IMG/VR virus record: IMGVR_UViG_3300027956_000015 | Span: 1-45,243 of that record | Reading direction: 5' to 3' (one strand) | Length of the DNA: 45,243 bases | Source: a virus | Lineage: Duplodnaviria; Caudoviricetes | In this document: positions 9,469 to 18,736 of the stretch, piece by piece | Position numbering within the stretch: position 1 is the first letter of the stretch | How the letters are laid out: each line of letters starts with the position of its first letter | The notes under the pieces: model-generated | Seen by the model: the letters and a program-made list of their open reading frames with translations, nothing else | What the model was told of the DNA's origin: nothing | Database searches by the model: none | Position numbers and translations under genes: made by a program

Positions 9469-10400
9469 CAAAAGAATTATATTTATATAACCCTATTTAC
9501 AGCTTTGTAGCCGAGGAGGTAATCAAAGAGTTAAACGCATCTATGGATGATAACGTTACTTTAAGGTTAAACACTCCGGGCGGTTCGGTATTTGCAGGAT
9601 GGGGAATTATTGCCAAAATGAAAGAACATGGCAAAGTAACCATTAAAGTAGATGGTTATGCTGCAAGTATGGGCGCGTTCATGTTGTTGTTTGCTGATAA
9701 AGTAGAGGTAAACGATATTACTAAAATAATGTTGCACCGTGCAGATGCTTATGCTGAAAATGAAGAACAAAAATCTTTTTTACGTTCAGTAAATAAAGAT
9801 TTACGCGCTAAATTGGAACAAAAAGTTGATAGCGAAGCATTTAAAACTGTTACTGGTTATAGCTTTGATGATATGTTTGCAGAAGATAAACGCATAGATG
9901 TTTGGTTGGATGCAAAACAAGCGAAAAAAATAGGCTTAGTTGACAAAATAAACAAGTTAGATGCAAAAGAATTAGAAGCATTTAGCACCGAAATGTTTAA
10001 TATAGCAGCAAAATTAAACAGTAAAGAAGTAGTAAATCCAGAAAAACCAATAAATATGAATATCGAAAAATTAAAAGCTGAACATCCTGATGTTTACGCT
10101 CAAATTTTTGCTTTAGGACAAAAGGCAGAAAACGACCGCGTACAAGCGTGGTTAACTTATGTGGATGCAGATGCAAAAACAGTTACAGAGGGTATTAAAG
10201 GTAATAAAGCACCTAGTTTAGCTATCCAAGCTGAATTAAACCGTAAAGCATTTTCTATTGAAGCTTTAAAAAACTTAGAAAATCAAAACCCTGTAAACGT
10301 TCAAACTCCTGATGCTAGTACAACAGAAAAAACAGCTGAGGAATTGAAAGCTGAAAGCATTAAAAATGATTTGTACAAACAATTAAATTTATCTAAATAA
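9465..10400 (+). CDS. ClpP-type head maturation protease with C-terminal scaffold
   Basis: LRLNTPGGSVFAG, VDGYAASMG, IMLH, WLDAKQAKKIGLVD; scaffold start MNIEKLKAEHPDVY. Confidence 0.92.
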   Translation: MAKELYLYNPIYSFVAEEVIKELNASMDDNVTLRLNTPGGSVFAGWGIIAKMKEHGKVTIKVDGYAASMGAFMLLFADKVEVNDITKIMLHRADAYAENEEQKSFLRSVNKDLRAKLEQKVDSEAFKTVTGYSFDDMFAEDKRIDVWLDAKQAKKIGLVDKINKLDAKELEAFSTEMFNIAAKLNSKEVVNPEKPINMNIEKLKAEHPDVYAQIFALGQKAENDRVQAWLTYVDADAKTVTEGIKGNKAPSLAIQAELNRKAFSIEALKNLENQNPVNVQTPDASTTEKTAEELKAESIKNDLYKQLNLSK

Positions 10401-10843
10401 TGAGTACAGCTAATCAAGTATTATTAACTGGTAGCCAGTCAATAATTAACTACGATACAACTAAATTGTTTTTGTTTGGTAACAGATACAAAGAAGTTGT
10501 TTATACTAATTCTACAGGTTCGGAAGTTACTTTACCAGTAGGTTTAGTAATGGGTAGAATTGCAGCAACTGAAAAAGTTGTGCCAATTGCTAAAGCCGCA
10601 TCGGATGGCTCACAATTCCCAGTAGGTATTAATGTTAAAGCAGTTACGGTTGCAAATGGTACTACTGTAAATTTAACAATTTGCGTTGCAGGTGATGTTG
10701 AAAAATCATTAGTATTATTTCCTGTAGGAACTGATTTTGATGATGTTGTATCATTAAGAACAATCGAGGATAGAATTATGAGCGATACAGCAGGTATTTT
10801 CTTAATCGAAACAACTCAATTAACTGGATTTGATAATCAATAA
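10400..10843 (+). CDS. Head decoration protein (lambda gpD-like)
   Basis: GLVMGRI…SDGSQFPVGI motif; lies between protease and capsid genes. Confidence 0.85.
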   Translation: MSTANQVLLTGSQSIINYDTTKLFLFGNRYKEVVYTNSTGSEVTLPVGLVMGRIAATEKVVPIAKAASDGSQFPVGINVKAVTVANGTTVNLTICVAGDVEKSLVLFPVGTDFDDVVSLRTIEDRIMSDTAGIFLIETTQLTGFDNQ

Positions 10844-10858
10844 TTTTAAAAAAAGGAT

Positions 10859-11917
10859 ATGAATTTCACACAAGCAAGAGCATTATTCACACAAGCATTA
10901 GTGGATGTGTACAGAGATATTACCCCAGTTAAAGGTTTTGGGCGTTCATTCTTTAGGGATGAATTAAATTTAACCAAATTGGCTAAAATTGAAGTTGAAA
11001 GAGGTTTTGAATTTGTTGCAGTTGATGTTTTAAGAAACAGCGATGGTAACGCAAATCAAGCAAGTCGCTCAACTGAAAAAATTATCGAGCCGCCTTTTTA
11101 TTCCGAGTGGTTACCGTTAAATAGTTTGGATGCGTACGATAGAGTTTTAGCTAATCCTAGCGAAACTTTTGAATTAGCAGCTTTAACACGTGAAGCAGGA
11201 CAAAAAACTGCTAAATTACGTGATAAAATTGAAAGAGCGTACGAATTACAAACATGGCAAGTATTTAAAAACGGTATTGTCAGCTTATCTAAAGTGGCTC
11301 AAATTGATTACAAGCGTAAAGCTTTATCAATGGTTGATTTAGGTGGTTCGGATTACTGGACACAATCAGGATCTAATCCAATTGCAGATTTAGAAAAAGG
11401 TTGTAATTTTTTACGTACAGTAGGTAAATCAAATGGCGGTGTAGTTAATGCAATTATGGGTTCTAAAGCTTTAGATGCGTTTTTAAACAACGCACAAGTT
11501 AAAGCAATTGGCGAATTAAGAAGAATTGATTTAATTACAATTAAATTAGAGCAAAGAAATGCATTAGGCGCATCTTTATACGGTGCAGTTACTGTTGGTG
11601 CATATACTGTAATGATTTGGACTTACCCAGAGTTTTACGATGTAATCGAGGGTGGTGATGTTGTGAGTAAACCTTATGTTGATATTAACGATGTAATCAT
11701 GTTACCAGAAGCACCTAGATTTGTAATGAGTTACAATCAAGTACCGCAATTATTAGGTGATACATACGTACCGCAAACAGGGGCTTATTTATTACGTGAA
11801 GAAATTGACGTACAAAAGAAAGCTCACAAAATGTATGTTGAAAGCGCAGGTATAGCAATACCAACAGCAGTTGACCAGATTTACACAATCAAAGCAACTA
11901 ACGTAACAAATTCATAA
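10859..11917 (+). CDS. Major capsid protein (lambda gpE family)
   Basis: 352 aa; LRDKIERAYE, W…SNPIADL, MYVESAGIAIP; followed by a strong terminator. Confidence 0.9.
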   Translation: MNFTQARALFTQALVDVYRDITPVKGFGRSFFRDELNLTKLAKIEVERGFEFVAVDVLRNSDGNANQASRSTEKIIEPPFYSEWLPLNSLDAYDRVLANPSETFELAALTREAGQKTAKLRDKIERAYELQTWQVFKNGIVSLSKVAQIDYKRKALSMVDLGGSDYWTQSGSNPIADLEKGCNFLRTVGKSNGGVVNAIMGSKALDAFLNNAQVKAIGELRRIDLITIKLEQRNALGASLYGAVTVGAYTVMIWTYPEFYDVIEGGDVVSKPYVDINDVIMLPEAPRFVMSYNQVPQLLGDTYVPQTGAYLLREEIDVQKKAHKMYVESAGIAIPTAVDQIYTIKATNVTNS

Positions 11918-11921
11918 ATTT

Positions 11922-11952
11922 AAAAGCCCTACTAGATTAGTAGGGCTTTTTT
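11922..11952 (+). terminator. Intrinsic terminator after major capsid gene
   Basis: AAAAGCCCTACTA-GAT-TAGTAGGGCTTTT-TT. Confidence 0.9.
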
Positions 11953-11964
11953 AAAAATCATATT

Positions 11965-12174
11965 ATGAAAAAGTTTAAAGTTTTAGCGGATAGTATTTCG
12001 TGGATTGGTACAAAAGCATTTAAAAAAAATGATATTGTAACCGAAAATGATTATCCAAATCATGAGGAATTAGTTAGAAGAGGTTTTTTACAGGAGGTTA
12101 AAGAAGTTGAAGAAACTGAAAAACCTATTGAAATACCTAAAAAAACTACTCCTAAAAGAAAAACAACAAAGTAG
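11965..12174 (+). CDS. Small head-module protein (position of lambda FI)
   Basis: 69 aa, LVRRGFLQEV followed by a charged tail; directly after capsid gene. Confidence 0.55.
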   Translation: MKKFKVLADSISWIGTKAFKKNDIVTENDYPNHEELVRRGFLQEVKEVEETEKPIEIPKKTTPKRKTTK

Positions 12175-12195
12175 CTTTCCATGATGCTTTAGTTT

Positions 12196-12228
12196 AAAAT
12201 AGGGGTGTAAAAACTCCTATTTTTTTTT
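12196..12228 (+). terminator. Intrinsic terminator
   Basis: AAAATAGGGGT-GTAAAA-ACTCCTATTTT plus T run. Confidence 0.8.
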
Positions 12229-12244
12229 ATTAAAAATCTACTCC

Positions 12245-12616
12245 ATGAATTTACTAGATGCCATAAAAAGAGATATTGCCCAAATCCAAAATAATGGTAA
12301 TGAATATGCAGTTGTTTGTACGTTTACGCGTCCTAATAATTCCGTTTTTACTATTAAAGGGGTGCACACAAAACATCATTTAGGCGTTGATACCGATGGT
12401 TTGCCGATTAATTCAAAAACAGCATCAATATCGTTTTCCGAGGTAAATTTGCCTACTGGAATAAGTGTAAGGAATAGTGCAAATGAAGTTCGAATGATAA
12501 ACTGGAGGGTATCGGTTAAAGATAGCACTGGGGCAAATGCACAATATATAGTTAGGGAGGTTTTTCCTGATGAAATGTTAGGCACAATAGTTTGTATTTT
12601 GGGTGATTATGCTTAA
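12245..12616 (+). CDS. Head-tail joining / head closure protein (lambda FII-like)
   Basis: 123-aa beta-rich protein ending YIVREVFPDEMLGTIVCIL; synteny. Confidence 0.65.
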   Translation: MNLLDAIKRDIAQIQNNGNEYAVVCTFTRPNNSVFTIKGVHTKHHLGVDTDGLPINSKTASISFSEVNLPTGISVRNSANEVRMINWRVSVKDSTGANAQYIVREVFPDEMLGTIVCILGDYA

Positions 12617-12625
12617 TTTTGAACT

Positions 12626-13210
12626 ATGGGACAATTAGCAATAGCACCACTACAATCATTTGAATTAATAAGGGATAGGATTGGTTTAATTTTAGCAGAT
12701 GAATTTGCTGACCAGACTATTACTCCATTAATCTATAAGGAGCGAATGATACCCTTTGATAAAACGGATTTAGAAGCTATTAATATTAGCTTAGATATGG
12801 CAGATTACCAAGATAAAAGCGCAGTTCATTACGTTGGTAATTATACTTTTCACATTGATGTTTACGCCAGTTCCAAAACAACCTCACAAAGCGCAGCAGA
12901 TACCGCATCTAAATTAAAAATGCAAAAAATTATAGGAATTGCAATGTATATTTTACGTGCAACACCGTACATAAATTTATTATTTACACCTCCTTTTATT
13001 GTAAAAACAATGATTACAAGGGTGCAAATAGCAGATAATAATAACAATCAAGATGCTATCACCGTATCAATGGGGCGGATAGTTTTCGAAGTACACGCGA
13101 ACGAAAATAACGCAATCGTACAAGGCACAAATTTAGTTTCATCAATTACAAATGTAAAACTACATGAAACAGATAAAGGATTTATTTACATTAATACGCA
13201 ATCAACTTAA
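12626..13210 (+). CDS. Tail terminator / neck protein
   Basis: FELIRDRIGLIL…ERMIPFD…AINISL…FHIDVYA; synteny. Confidence 0.55.
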   Translation: MGQLAIAPLQSFELIRDRIGLILADEFADQTITPLIYKERMIPFDKTDLEAINISLDMADYQDKSAVHYVGNYTFHIDVYASSKTTSQSAADTASKLKMQKIIGIAMYILRATPYINLLFTPPFIVKTMITRVQIADNNNNQDAITVSMGRIVFEVHANENNAIVQGTNLVSSITNVKLHETDKGFIYINTQST

Positions 13211-13211
13211 A

Positions 13212-13397
13212 ATGAAAGACCATTTACTAACTAAAATTACTGGGAGCGGTACTTTTTTGGGTATAATTTTGGGCGAAATTACCCAAGAAACAACATTAAA
13301 ACTTAGCGCAATATCCTATATCGTAGGTATTACTTTAGGTGTAATTACGATAATTATTAAACTTTGTGAGTTGTACAAATCATTTAAAAATAAATAA
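13212..13397 (+). CDS. Putative holin / small membrane protein
   Basis: Start moved to ATG 13212; hydrophobic segments and a basic C-terminus; upstream of endolysin. Confidence 0.6.
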   Translation: MKDHLLTKITGSGTFLGIILGEITQETTLKLSAISYIVGITLGVITIIIKLCELYKSFKNK

Positions 13398-13398
13398 T

Positions 13399-13671
13399 AT
13401 GTTTAAAAAATTATTCTTAAAAATTAACCCAATCGAGGTTATTAAGGCATTAAAAAAAACTGATACGAAAGTAAAAGTTGAAGGAATTACCCAAATGGGG
13501 GGCGGTGGTGTATTAATTACATCGGGAATTACTTTAGTTATTGATGGTGCAACTGCAAAAAGTTGGTATGAAATTGTTGCAGGTTGTATTTTATTAATTG
13601 TTGGCTTTTTCGTGGCAAAAAACTTAACAGATAAAATCGAAAAAATTAAAGACAATGAAGAAAGTTGTTAG
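13399..13671 (+). CDS. Putative holin-like two-TM protein
   Basis: Start moved to ATG 13399; GGGGVLITSGITLVI and WYEIVAGCILLIVGFFVA segments. Confidence 0.55.
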   Translation: MFKKLFLKINPIEVIKALKKTDTKVKVEGITQMGGGGVLITSGITLVIDGATAKSWYEIVAGCILLIVGFFVAKNLTDKIEKIKDNEESC

Positions 13672-14077
13672 TATTGTAAGGGTAAAGGGCAATAAAGATG
13701 CTACTTACGGACTGCTTAAAGTAGTTGAAAACGATAAAATTTTATTCCAATGCAAAACAATCGAGCGCGGTTGGTTGGATAATCAATCCCGAATTAGTTG
13801 TATTCCTCCAGGAAAATATAATGTGGTTAAAACATATTCACCAAGGTTTAAAGTAAATTTATACTTAGTGGAAAATGTGCCTAATCGTAGTGGCATCCGT
13901 TTACATTCTGCAAATTTTGCATCCCAATTAAATGGGTGTATTTCTTTGGGTTCAGATTGGAGGGATATTAACAAAGATGGGCAATTGGATTTAATTAATT
14001 CAAAAGCAACTCACAAAGCTTTTGATGAAATCATGGAAAATAATCCATTTGCTTTACAAATTGAACATTGGAAATAA
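13655..14077 (+). CDS. Putative endolysin, DUF5675 family
   Basis: TIERGW…SCIPPGKY…VPNRSGIRLHSAN…NGCISLG signature. Confidence 0.8.
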   Translation: MKKVVSIVRVKGNKDATYGLLKVVENDKILFQCKTIERGWLDNQSRISCIPPGKYNVVKTYSPRFKVNLYLVENVPNRSGIRLHSANFASQLNGCISLGSDWRDINKDGQLDLINSKATHKAFDEIMENNPFALQIEHWK

Positions 14078-15261
14078 AGAAAGCAATATATACCGTATTA
14101 ATCGGTAATTATGATAATATTAATCCTGCCCCTAATTTCGTTGGGTGGGATTGTTTTCTATTTACAGATTTAGATATTACAGAGCCAAAAGGTTGGAATG
14201 TAATTAAGGTAAATGAAAAATTAGACAATAAAAAATTAAGTAGAAAAATTAAAATTTTAGGGCATGAATATTTGCCTGATTACAATTTACTTTGTTACAT
14301 TGATGCAAATATTACTCTAGGTAAAAAACCGCCCTCACATCCTTTGTATGTTAAGCACCCTAATAGAAATACAGTAACTGCTGAATGCGAAAAAGTTATT
14401 TTATTGGGTAAGGATGAAAAATCAATAGTTTTAAAACAGTTAGACAATTATACATCCGATGGTTTTCCTGATAATTTTGGTTTATATCAAAATGGTTTTT
14501 TTGTTCGGGAAAATAATGCAGAAACTAATTTAATTTACAATGCGTGGTGGAACGAAGTTAAAAAACATTCTTACCGAGACCAGATAAGTTTTCCGTATGT
14601 ACTTTGGAAATTAGGCGTACAGTTATATAATACTTATTTGGATCAAGATGTAAAAAAATATTACAAAATACATCCACACATTGCAAAGCCTGTAAATAAT
14701 AAATCAATTACAGTGCACCACATTACGCCCGGACATTCGAACAAGAATATAGGCAAAGCAATTAACGATTTAATTCGTGGCTTACCATTAACCGATTGGG
14801 TTTGTTTACGTGATATTGATACTTTACCAATGAGCCATAAAACTTTTTTTGCGCAATGTGAAAAAATAGCCATGAATGGAAAAGCAGATTTAGTGAGTTG
14901 TGTAACTAATCGACTGGGTTTAAAATATCAATTGTATAAAGGCGAATTTTCGGAAAATGCAGATATTAATTATCATGTTGAAATTGGGGAAAAATTAGCA
15001 AATCAGTATGATAGTGAGGTGGAAATAATAAACGATACAATAGGCGGTTTAATGATGCTTTTTTCAGTACGTTTATGGCGCGATTTGGGAGGTTTTCCAG
15101 AGGGTGCAATTTCGATTGATGGCAAATTTTTTGATTGGCACTTTTCAAATGCGGTTTTACAAAAAGGATATAAAATCGGAATTGCTAAGGGAATATACTT
15201 ATTGCATTTATACCGTTGGGGGACTGAAAACCCTAAACATTCAACAATCCATCTTTACTAA
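14068..15261 (+). CDS. Two-domain glycosyltransferase (DUF616-like plus GT-A/GT2-like)
   Basis: N-domain AIYTVLIGNYD…YIDAN…RDQISFPYVLW; C-domain NIGKAIN…WVCLRDID…WRDLGGF…HLY. TTG start overlaps endolysin, so the exact start is uncertain. Confidence 0.8.
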   Translation: MEIKKAIYTVLIGNYDNINPAPNFVGWDCFLFTDLDITEPKGWNVIKVNEKLDNKKLSRKIKILGHEYLPDYNLLCYIDANITLGKKPPSHPLYVKHPNRNTVTAECEKVILLGKDEKSIVLKQLDNYTSDGFPDNFGLYQNGFFVRENNAETNLIYNAWWNEVKKHSYRDQISFPYVLWKLGVQLYNTYLDQDVKKYYKIHPHIAKPVNNKSITVHHITPGHSNKNIGKAINDLIRGLPLTDWVCLRDIDTLPMSHKTFFAQCEKIAMNGKADLVSCVTNRLGLKYQLYKGEFSENADINYHVEIGEKLANQYDSEVEIINDTIGGLMMLFSVRLWRDLGGFPEGAISIDGKFFDWHFSNAVLQKGYKIGIAKGIYLLHLYRWGTENPKHSTIHLY

Positions 15262-15284
15262 GCGAAAAAAAATCTAAATTTTTA

Positions 15285-15314
15285 TTTGTATTATTGTTTA
15301 TTTTATTATATTTG
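15285..15314 (+). promoter_or_regulatory. Early promoter (Bacteroidota -33/-7)
   Basis: TTTG 15285-15288, 18-bp spacer, TATATTTG 15307-15314. Confidence 0.7.
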
Positions 15315-15337
15315 TGTTTGAATTTAAAAACGTAAAT

Positions 15338-15649
15338 ATGAATAAAACAACTCACCGGTTCCAGATAAGTAAAAATTTTAAGGAACAAATCGAAAATTTT
15401 TCAAAAGAAAAAGGCAAATCAATATCCGATATTACAGACTGTTTACTGTATGATTATTGGAAAGAAAAAGTAAAATTAGACTGGGAAAAAGTAGATAATA
15501 CAATCGAAGTTGATGTATGTATTACTTTGCATCCTGTTAACTGGAATAATGCAGTAGAATACAGAAAAAGCCAAGCTACTCACACATCAATGAAATGGGT
15601 ATTTATTGTATTATGGCAAAAATTACTAAAAGGAGAAATTAAACTTTAA
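15338..15649 (+). CDS. Putative RHH-type regulator (possibly tandem RHH)
   Basis: THRFQISKNFKEQIENFSKEKGKSISDIT pattern; second strand-helix-helix unit VDVCITLHP…; first gene after the promoter. Confidence 0.5.
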   Translation: MNKTTHRFQISKNFKEQIENFSKEKGKSISDITDCLLYDYWKEKVKLDWEKVDNTIEVDVCITLHPVNWNNAVEYRKSQATHTSMKWVFIVLWQKLLKGEIKL

Positions 15650-15680
15650 ACGCTAATTGGTTAAGCGTGTAATTAACCAA
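15650..15680 (+). promoter_or_regulatory. Predicted H-type RNA pseudoknot upstream of recombinase
   Basis: S1 ACGCT/AGCGT, L1 AA, S2 TTGGTTA/TAACCAA, L3 GTAAT. Confidence 0.45.
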
Positions 15681-15701
15681 AAAATAAATAAATAAAGCAT
15701 C

Positions 15702-16499
15702 ATGGCAAATTTACAATTAATTAATCAAAGCACCGCAACACTTATTAAAGTTGCACAAGTGGTAAATCCTCAATGGGATGATACCGCAGCAGAAAGGTAT
15801 GTATTATCCGAATTATCATTTTTAAAAGAAAGGATTTTAAATGATTTTGGATTAAGTGAATGTACGGATGAAAGTTTAATCCAATGTGTACGAAAAGCAT
15901 TAAGGGATAATGTAAGCTTAAATAAATCGGCTAATTTGGTTTACGTGCAACCCCAAAATTTAAAACAATCCGATGGCACTTATGTTAAGGTTGCAAGTTA
16001 TTCGTTAACCGTAGAGGGTAAAATTAGCGTTGCTAAACAATCGGGCGAATTATTGGATATTACGCGCCCAAAATTGTATAAAAATTCCGATGGGCGTATT
16101 ATTGGGGGCGAAGTTGAAGTATTAAAACCATCATATCCAAAACCAAGATGGGAAACTATTGATTTTGAAGAAACAGACATTAAACGTTGGCAAGATGCAT
16201 CGGCTAAAAAAAATAATGGAAAAACCAATCCTTTATATGTTACTGGTCCCGGTGGTGGAATTGATACGGAATTTATGAGAGCGAAAATAATCAAACACGC
16301 TTTATCTAAAGGTTTTGGAATTAATTTTAATAAAATCGGTTTACAAAAATCAAATCCTATTTTAGAAATTGAAGAAGTGCAACAAGAACCCGAAAACGAT
16401 AATTTATTTTTGGATGCACCCGAAAACAACAATATTGATTTAGTGGAAAATCCTACAAATCAAATTGAGGAAAACGATAATTTTTTAAATGAATTGTAA
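15702..16499 (+). CDS. RecT/Redbeta-like single-strand annealing protein
   Basis: ESLIQCVRKALRDNVSLN…VYVQP…SLTVEGKISVAKQSG…FMRAKIIKHAL; acidic tail. Confidence 0.75.
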   Translation: MANLQLINQSTATLIKVAQVVNPQWDDTAAERYVLSELSFLKERILNDFGLSECTDESLIQCVRKALRDNVSLNKSANLVYVQPQNLKQSDGTYVKVASYSLTVEGKISVAKQSGELLDITRPKLYKNSDGRIIGGEVEVLKPSYPKPRWETIDFEETDIKRWQDASAKKNNGKTNPLYVTGPGGGIDTEFMRAKIIKHALSKGFGINFNKIGLQKSNPILEIEEVQQEPENDNLFLDAPENNNIDLVENPTNQIEENDNFLNEL

Positions 16500-16516
16500 A
16501 AACTAAACTAAACAAC

Positions 16517-17605
16517 ATGGAAAATAACTTAGTAGCTATAAAGCAACAAAAACAAACTGTATGGGGAAAATTTGGTATTGCATTAGTGGATGCCGAAAAT
16601 GATTTACAGACTAAAAAAATGGTGATCTTAAACGGATTACCAGAGCCAAAAAAAGAGGGTTTAAAAGAAAGTGAAGCGCATTTAAAAAATGCAAAATCAC
16701 TAGAAAAAGAATTAGTGAACGAACGTAAAAAAATTACCGACCCTTTGGATAATGTAAAATCCAGATTAATGGAGGTGGAAAAATCTGTGAGTTTACAAAT
16801 TAAGGAATATGAGCACAAAATAATCAAAATTAAATCCGAAATTGAAGCAGAGGAAAAACAAAAAAATGCAAAATCTGAGGAAATTAAAACTTTTATTTCA
16901 AAACTTAATTCTGCTTACATTGATTTAGAGGATTGGATGTTGAAGTTTGCAAATAAGCATACCAATGAAATTTATTTTAAAATTTTGGATGCCGATATTC
17001 CTTATGATGATTTTGATTTAAACTGTGAAATTGCTATTACTCAATTAACGGAAAACAATGTTTTACCAACGATTAAAGAAGCTTTTGCAAAACAAAATTA
17101 TAAGCCTTTATTGATTACTATGGATGAAATTAAAAATTTATCCATTGAAAATAAAAAGGAAGTAACCAACCCTTATTTGTTAATTTCGGAAAATTTAAAG
17201 TCAAAAAAAATCGGTTATAAATCGGAATTAGCGAATAAAGAAATGGCTAAGGAATTAGCTATGAAAGAGCAAAAAGAAGCCGAAAAGAAAAGGGAGGAGG
17301 AAAAACAAAGAGCAGAATTAGAAGCTAAAATCGAACAAGCTACTGAAATGCAATTAACGGAAAAATCGGATATTAAAGCCCTTAAAAAATGCTATGAAGT
17401 TGAAATGCCTGATACCTACCAAACCGCTTTACAACTGTTTGCTACATTTAGCAGTAATTTAGATTTGGTTTTACCAAAATTAAAAGTTAATAAATGGTTC
17501 GCATTCACACCTCAACAAATAGCTAATGTACTAGGAAGATTAAAAACCGAAAACAATAGTTTAGAATTTTCGGGAATTACATTTAAGGAAGTTTCAAAAC
17601 TTTAA
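16517..17605 (+). CDS. Coiled-coil recombination-module protein
   Basis: ERKKITDPLD motif and long charged helices; lies between annealase and exonuclease. Confidence 0.55.
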   Translation: MENNLVAIKQQKQTVWGKFGIALVDAENDLQTKKMVILNGLPEPKKEGLKESEAHLKNAKSLEKELVNERKKITDPLDNVKSRLMEVEKSVSLQIKEYEHKIIKIKSEIEAEEKQKNAKSEEIKTFISKLNSAYIDLEDWMLKFANKHTNEIYFKILDADIPYDDFDLNCEIAITQLTENNVLPTIKEAFAKQNYKPLLITMDEIKNLSIENKKEVTNPYLLISENLKSKKIGYKSELANKEMAKELAMKEQKEAEKKREEEKQRAELEAKIEQATEMQLTEKSDIKALKKCYEVEMPDTYQTALQLFATFSSNLDLVLPKLKVNKWFAFTPQQIANVLGRLKTENNSLEFSGITFKEVSKL

Positions 17606-17607
17606 AA

Positions 17608-18201
17608 ATGATTACGTTTGAAAATACAAAAAAATATTCCTCAATTGATTTTGAGGAATATTTAAAATTCAAAGGCTATTCGCATAGTTTTTTGAAACGT
17701 GAACAAAACGGAGTTAGTCCTGAATTTGTGCCAACTAATGCAGTTAAATTTGGTAGTTTAGTTGATGAATTATTAACTGAACCCGAAAAAGTGGATATTT
17801 CAAACCCTATGTACGGATATGCTAAAGAAGTTGGATTTGCTGTAATGCAATTTTTTGGCAATGAAATTTGGAACGCTATGGAAAGTCAATTATGTTTTAC
17901 AACAGAAATGCGAATGAACGGTTTAATCATGCCATTTAAGGGGCGTTTAGATAAGTTTGATACACGAGGTAAAATGGTAGTGGATTTGAAGATTACGCAA
18001 AGCCCAATTAAGCAAATACCAACATTGATAGATTACATGGGATATAAAAACCAACTTTGGGGTTATGGTAAACCACTAGGAGCTGAAAGAGGGCTTTTAA
18101 TTTTTTATAGTACCAAGGATAAAAAACCGTTTATGTACCCTTTTAAATTTGAGGAACGCAACGCATTTTTTGAGGAAAAAGTTTTAAATTTTGGAGTTTA
18201 A
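17608..18201 (+). CDS. PD-(D/E)XK exonuclease (RecE-like)
   Basis: SHSFLK…FGSLVDELL…FKGRLD…VVDLK…YKNQLWGY. Confidence 0.8.
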   Translation: MITFENTKKYSSIDFEEYLKFKGYSHSFLKREQNGVSPEFVPTNAVKFGSLVDELLTEPEKVDISNPMYGYAKEVGFAVMQFFGNEIWNAMESQLCFTTEMRMNGLIMPFKGRLDKFDTRGKMVVDLKITQSPIKQIPTLIDYMGYKNQLWGYGKPLGAERGLLIFYSTKDKKPFMYPFKFEERNAFFEEKVLNFGV

Positions 18202-18219
18202 TTTTAATAAATAAAAATC

Positions 18220-18672
18220 ATGAAAAATCAAGTATCATTAATTGGAAGAGTAGGACAGAAACCCGAAAACCGCCAAGCAGGGCAATCAACAGTCTGCAAT
18301 TTTTCTTTAGCAACAACTGAAAAATACAAAACAAAAGAGGGCGAAACTAAAGAAATTACCCAATGGCACAATGTAGAAGCATGGGGCAAACAAGCCGAAA
18401 TTTTAACCCAATACTTAGATAAAGGCAGTTTAGTTAGTATTGATGGCTCGATTGTTTATGAGCAATACGAAAAAGACGGAATTAAAAAAGTATCTACAAA
18501 AATAAGGGTTAAAGAATTTTGTTTTTTAGGTGGTAATAAGCCAAATAATCAAGAGGGGCAAAATCAAAGTGCACCAGTTAATAATGTTAGTGCACCAGTT
18601 AATAATGTTAGTGCACCAGTTAATAATGTTAGTGCACCAGTTGACAATGGGGATGATGATTTGCCTTTTTAA
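18220..18672 (+). CDS. ssb: Single-stranded DNA-binding protein
   Basis: NQVSLIGRVGQKPE, FSLAT, TQWHNVEAWGKQAE, C-terminal DDDLPF. Confidence 0.97.
   Translation: MKNQVSLIGRVGQKPENRQAGQSTVCNFSLATTEKYKTKEGETKEITQWHNVEAWGKQAEILTQYLDKGSLVSIDGSIVYEQYEKDGIKKVSTKIRVKEFCFLGGNKPNNQEGQNQSAPVNNVSAPVNNVSAPVNNVSAPVDNGDDDLPF
18568..18642 (+). repeat. In-frame 21-bp tandem repeat (3 full copies plus 12 bp)
   Basis: AGTGCACCAGTTAATAATGTT x3 + AGTGCACCAGTT; encodes SAPVNNV. Confidence 0.95.
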
Positions 18673-18736
18673 TGTTAACAAATATTAATTATTATATAAA
18701 TTATTATTTTTATTATTGTTAATTGATTTTTAATAT

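Noticed and set aside
15644-15651. Frameshift at TTTAAAC or prfB-like CTT-TAA next to the pseudoknot
   Set aside because: The heptamer is out of frame and overlaps stem 1; the +1 frame reaches TAA within three codons.
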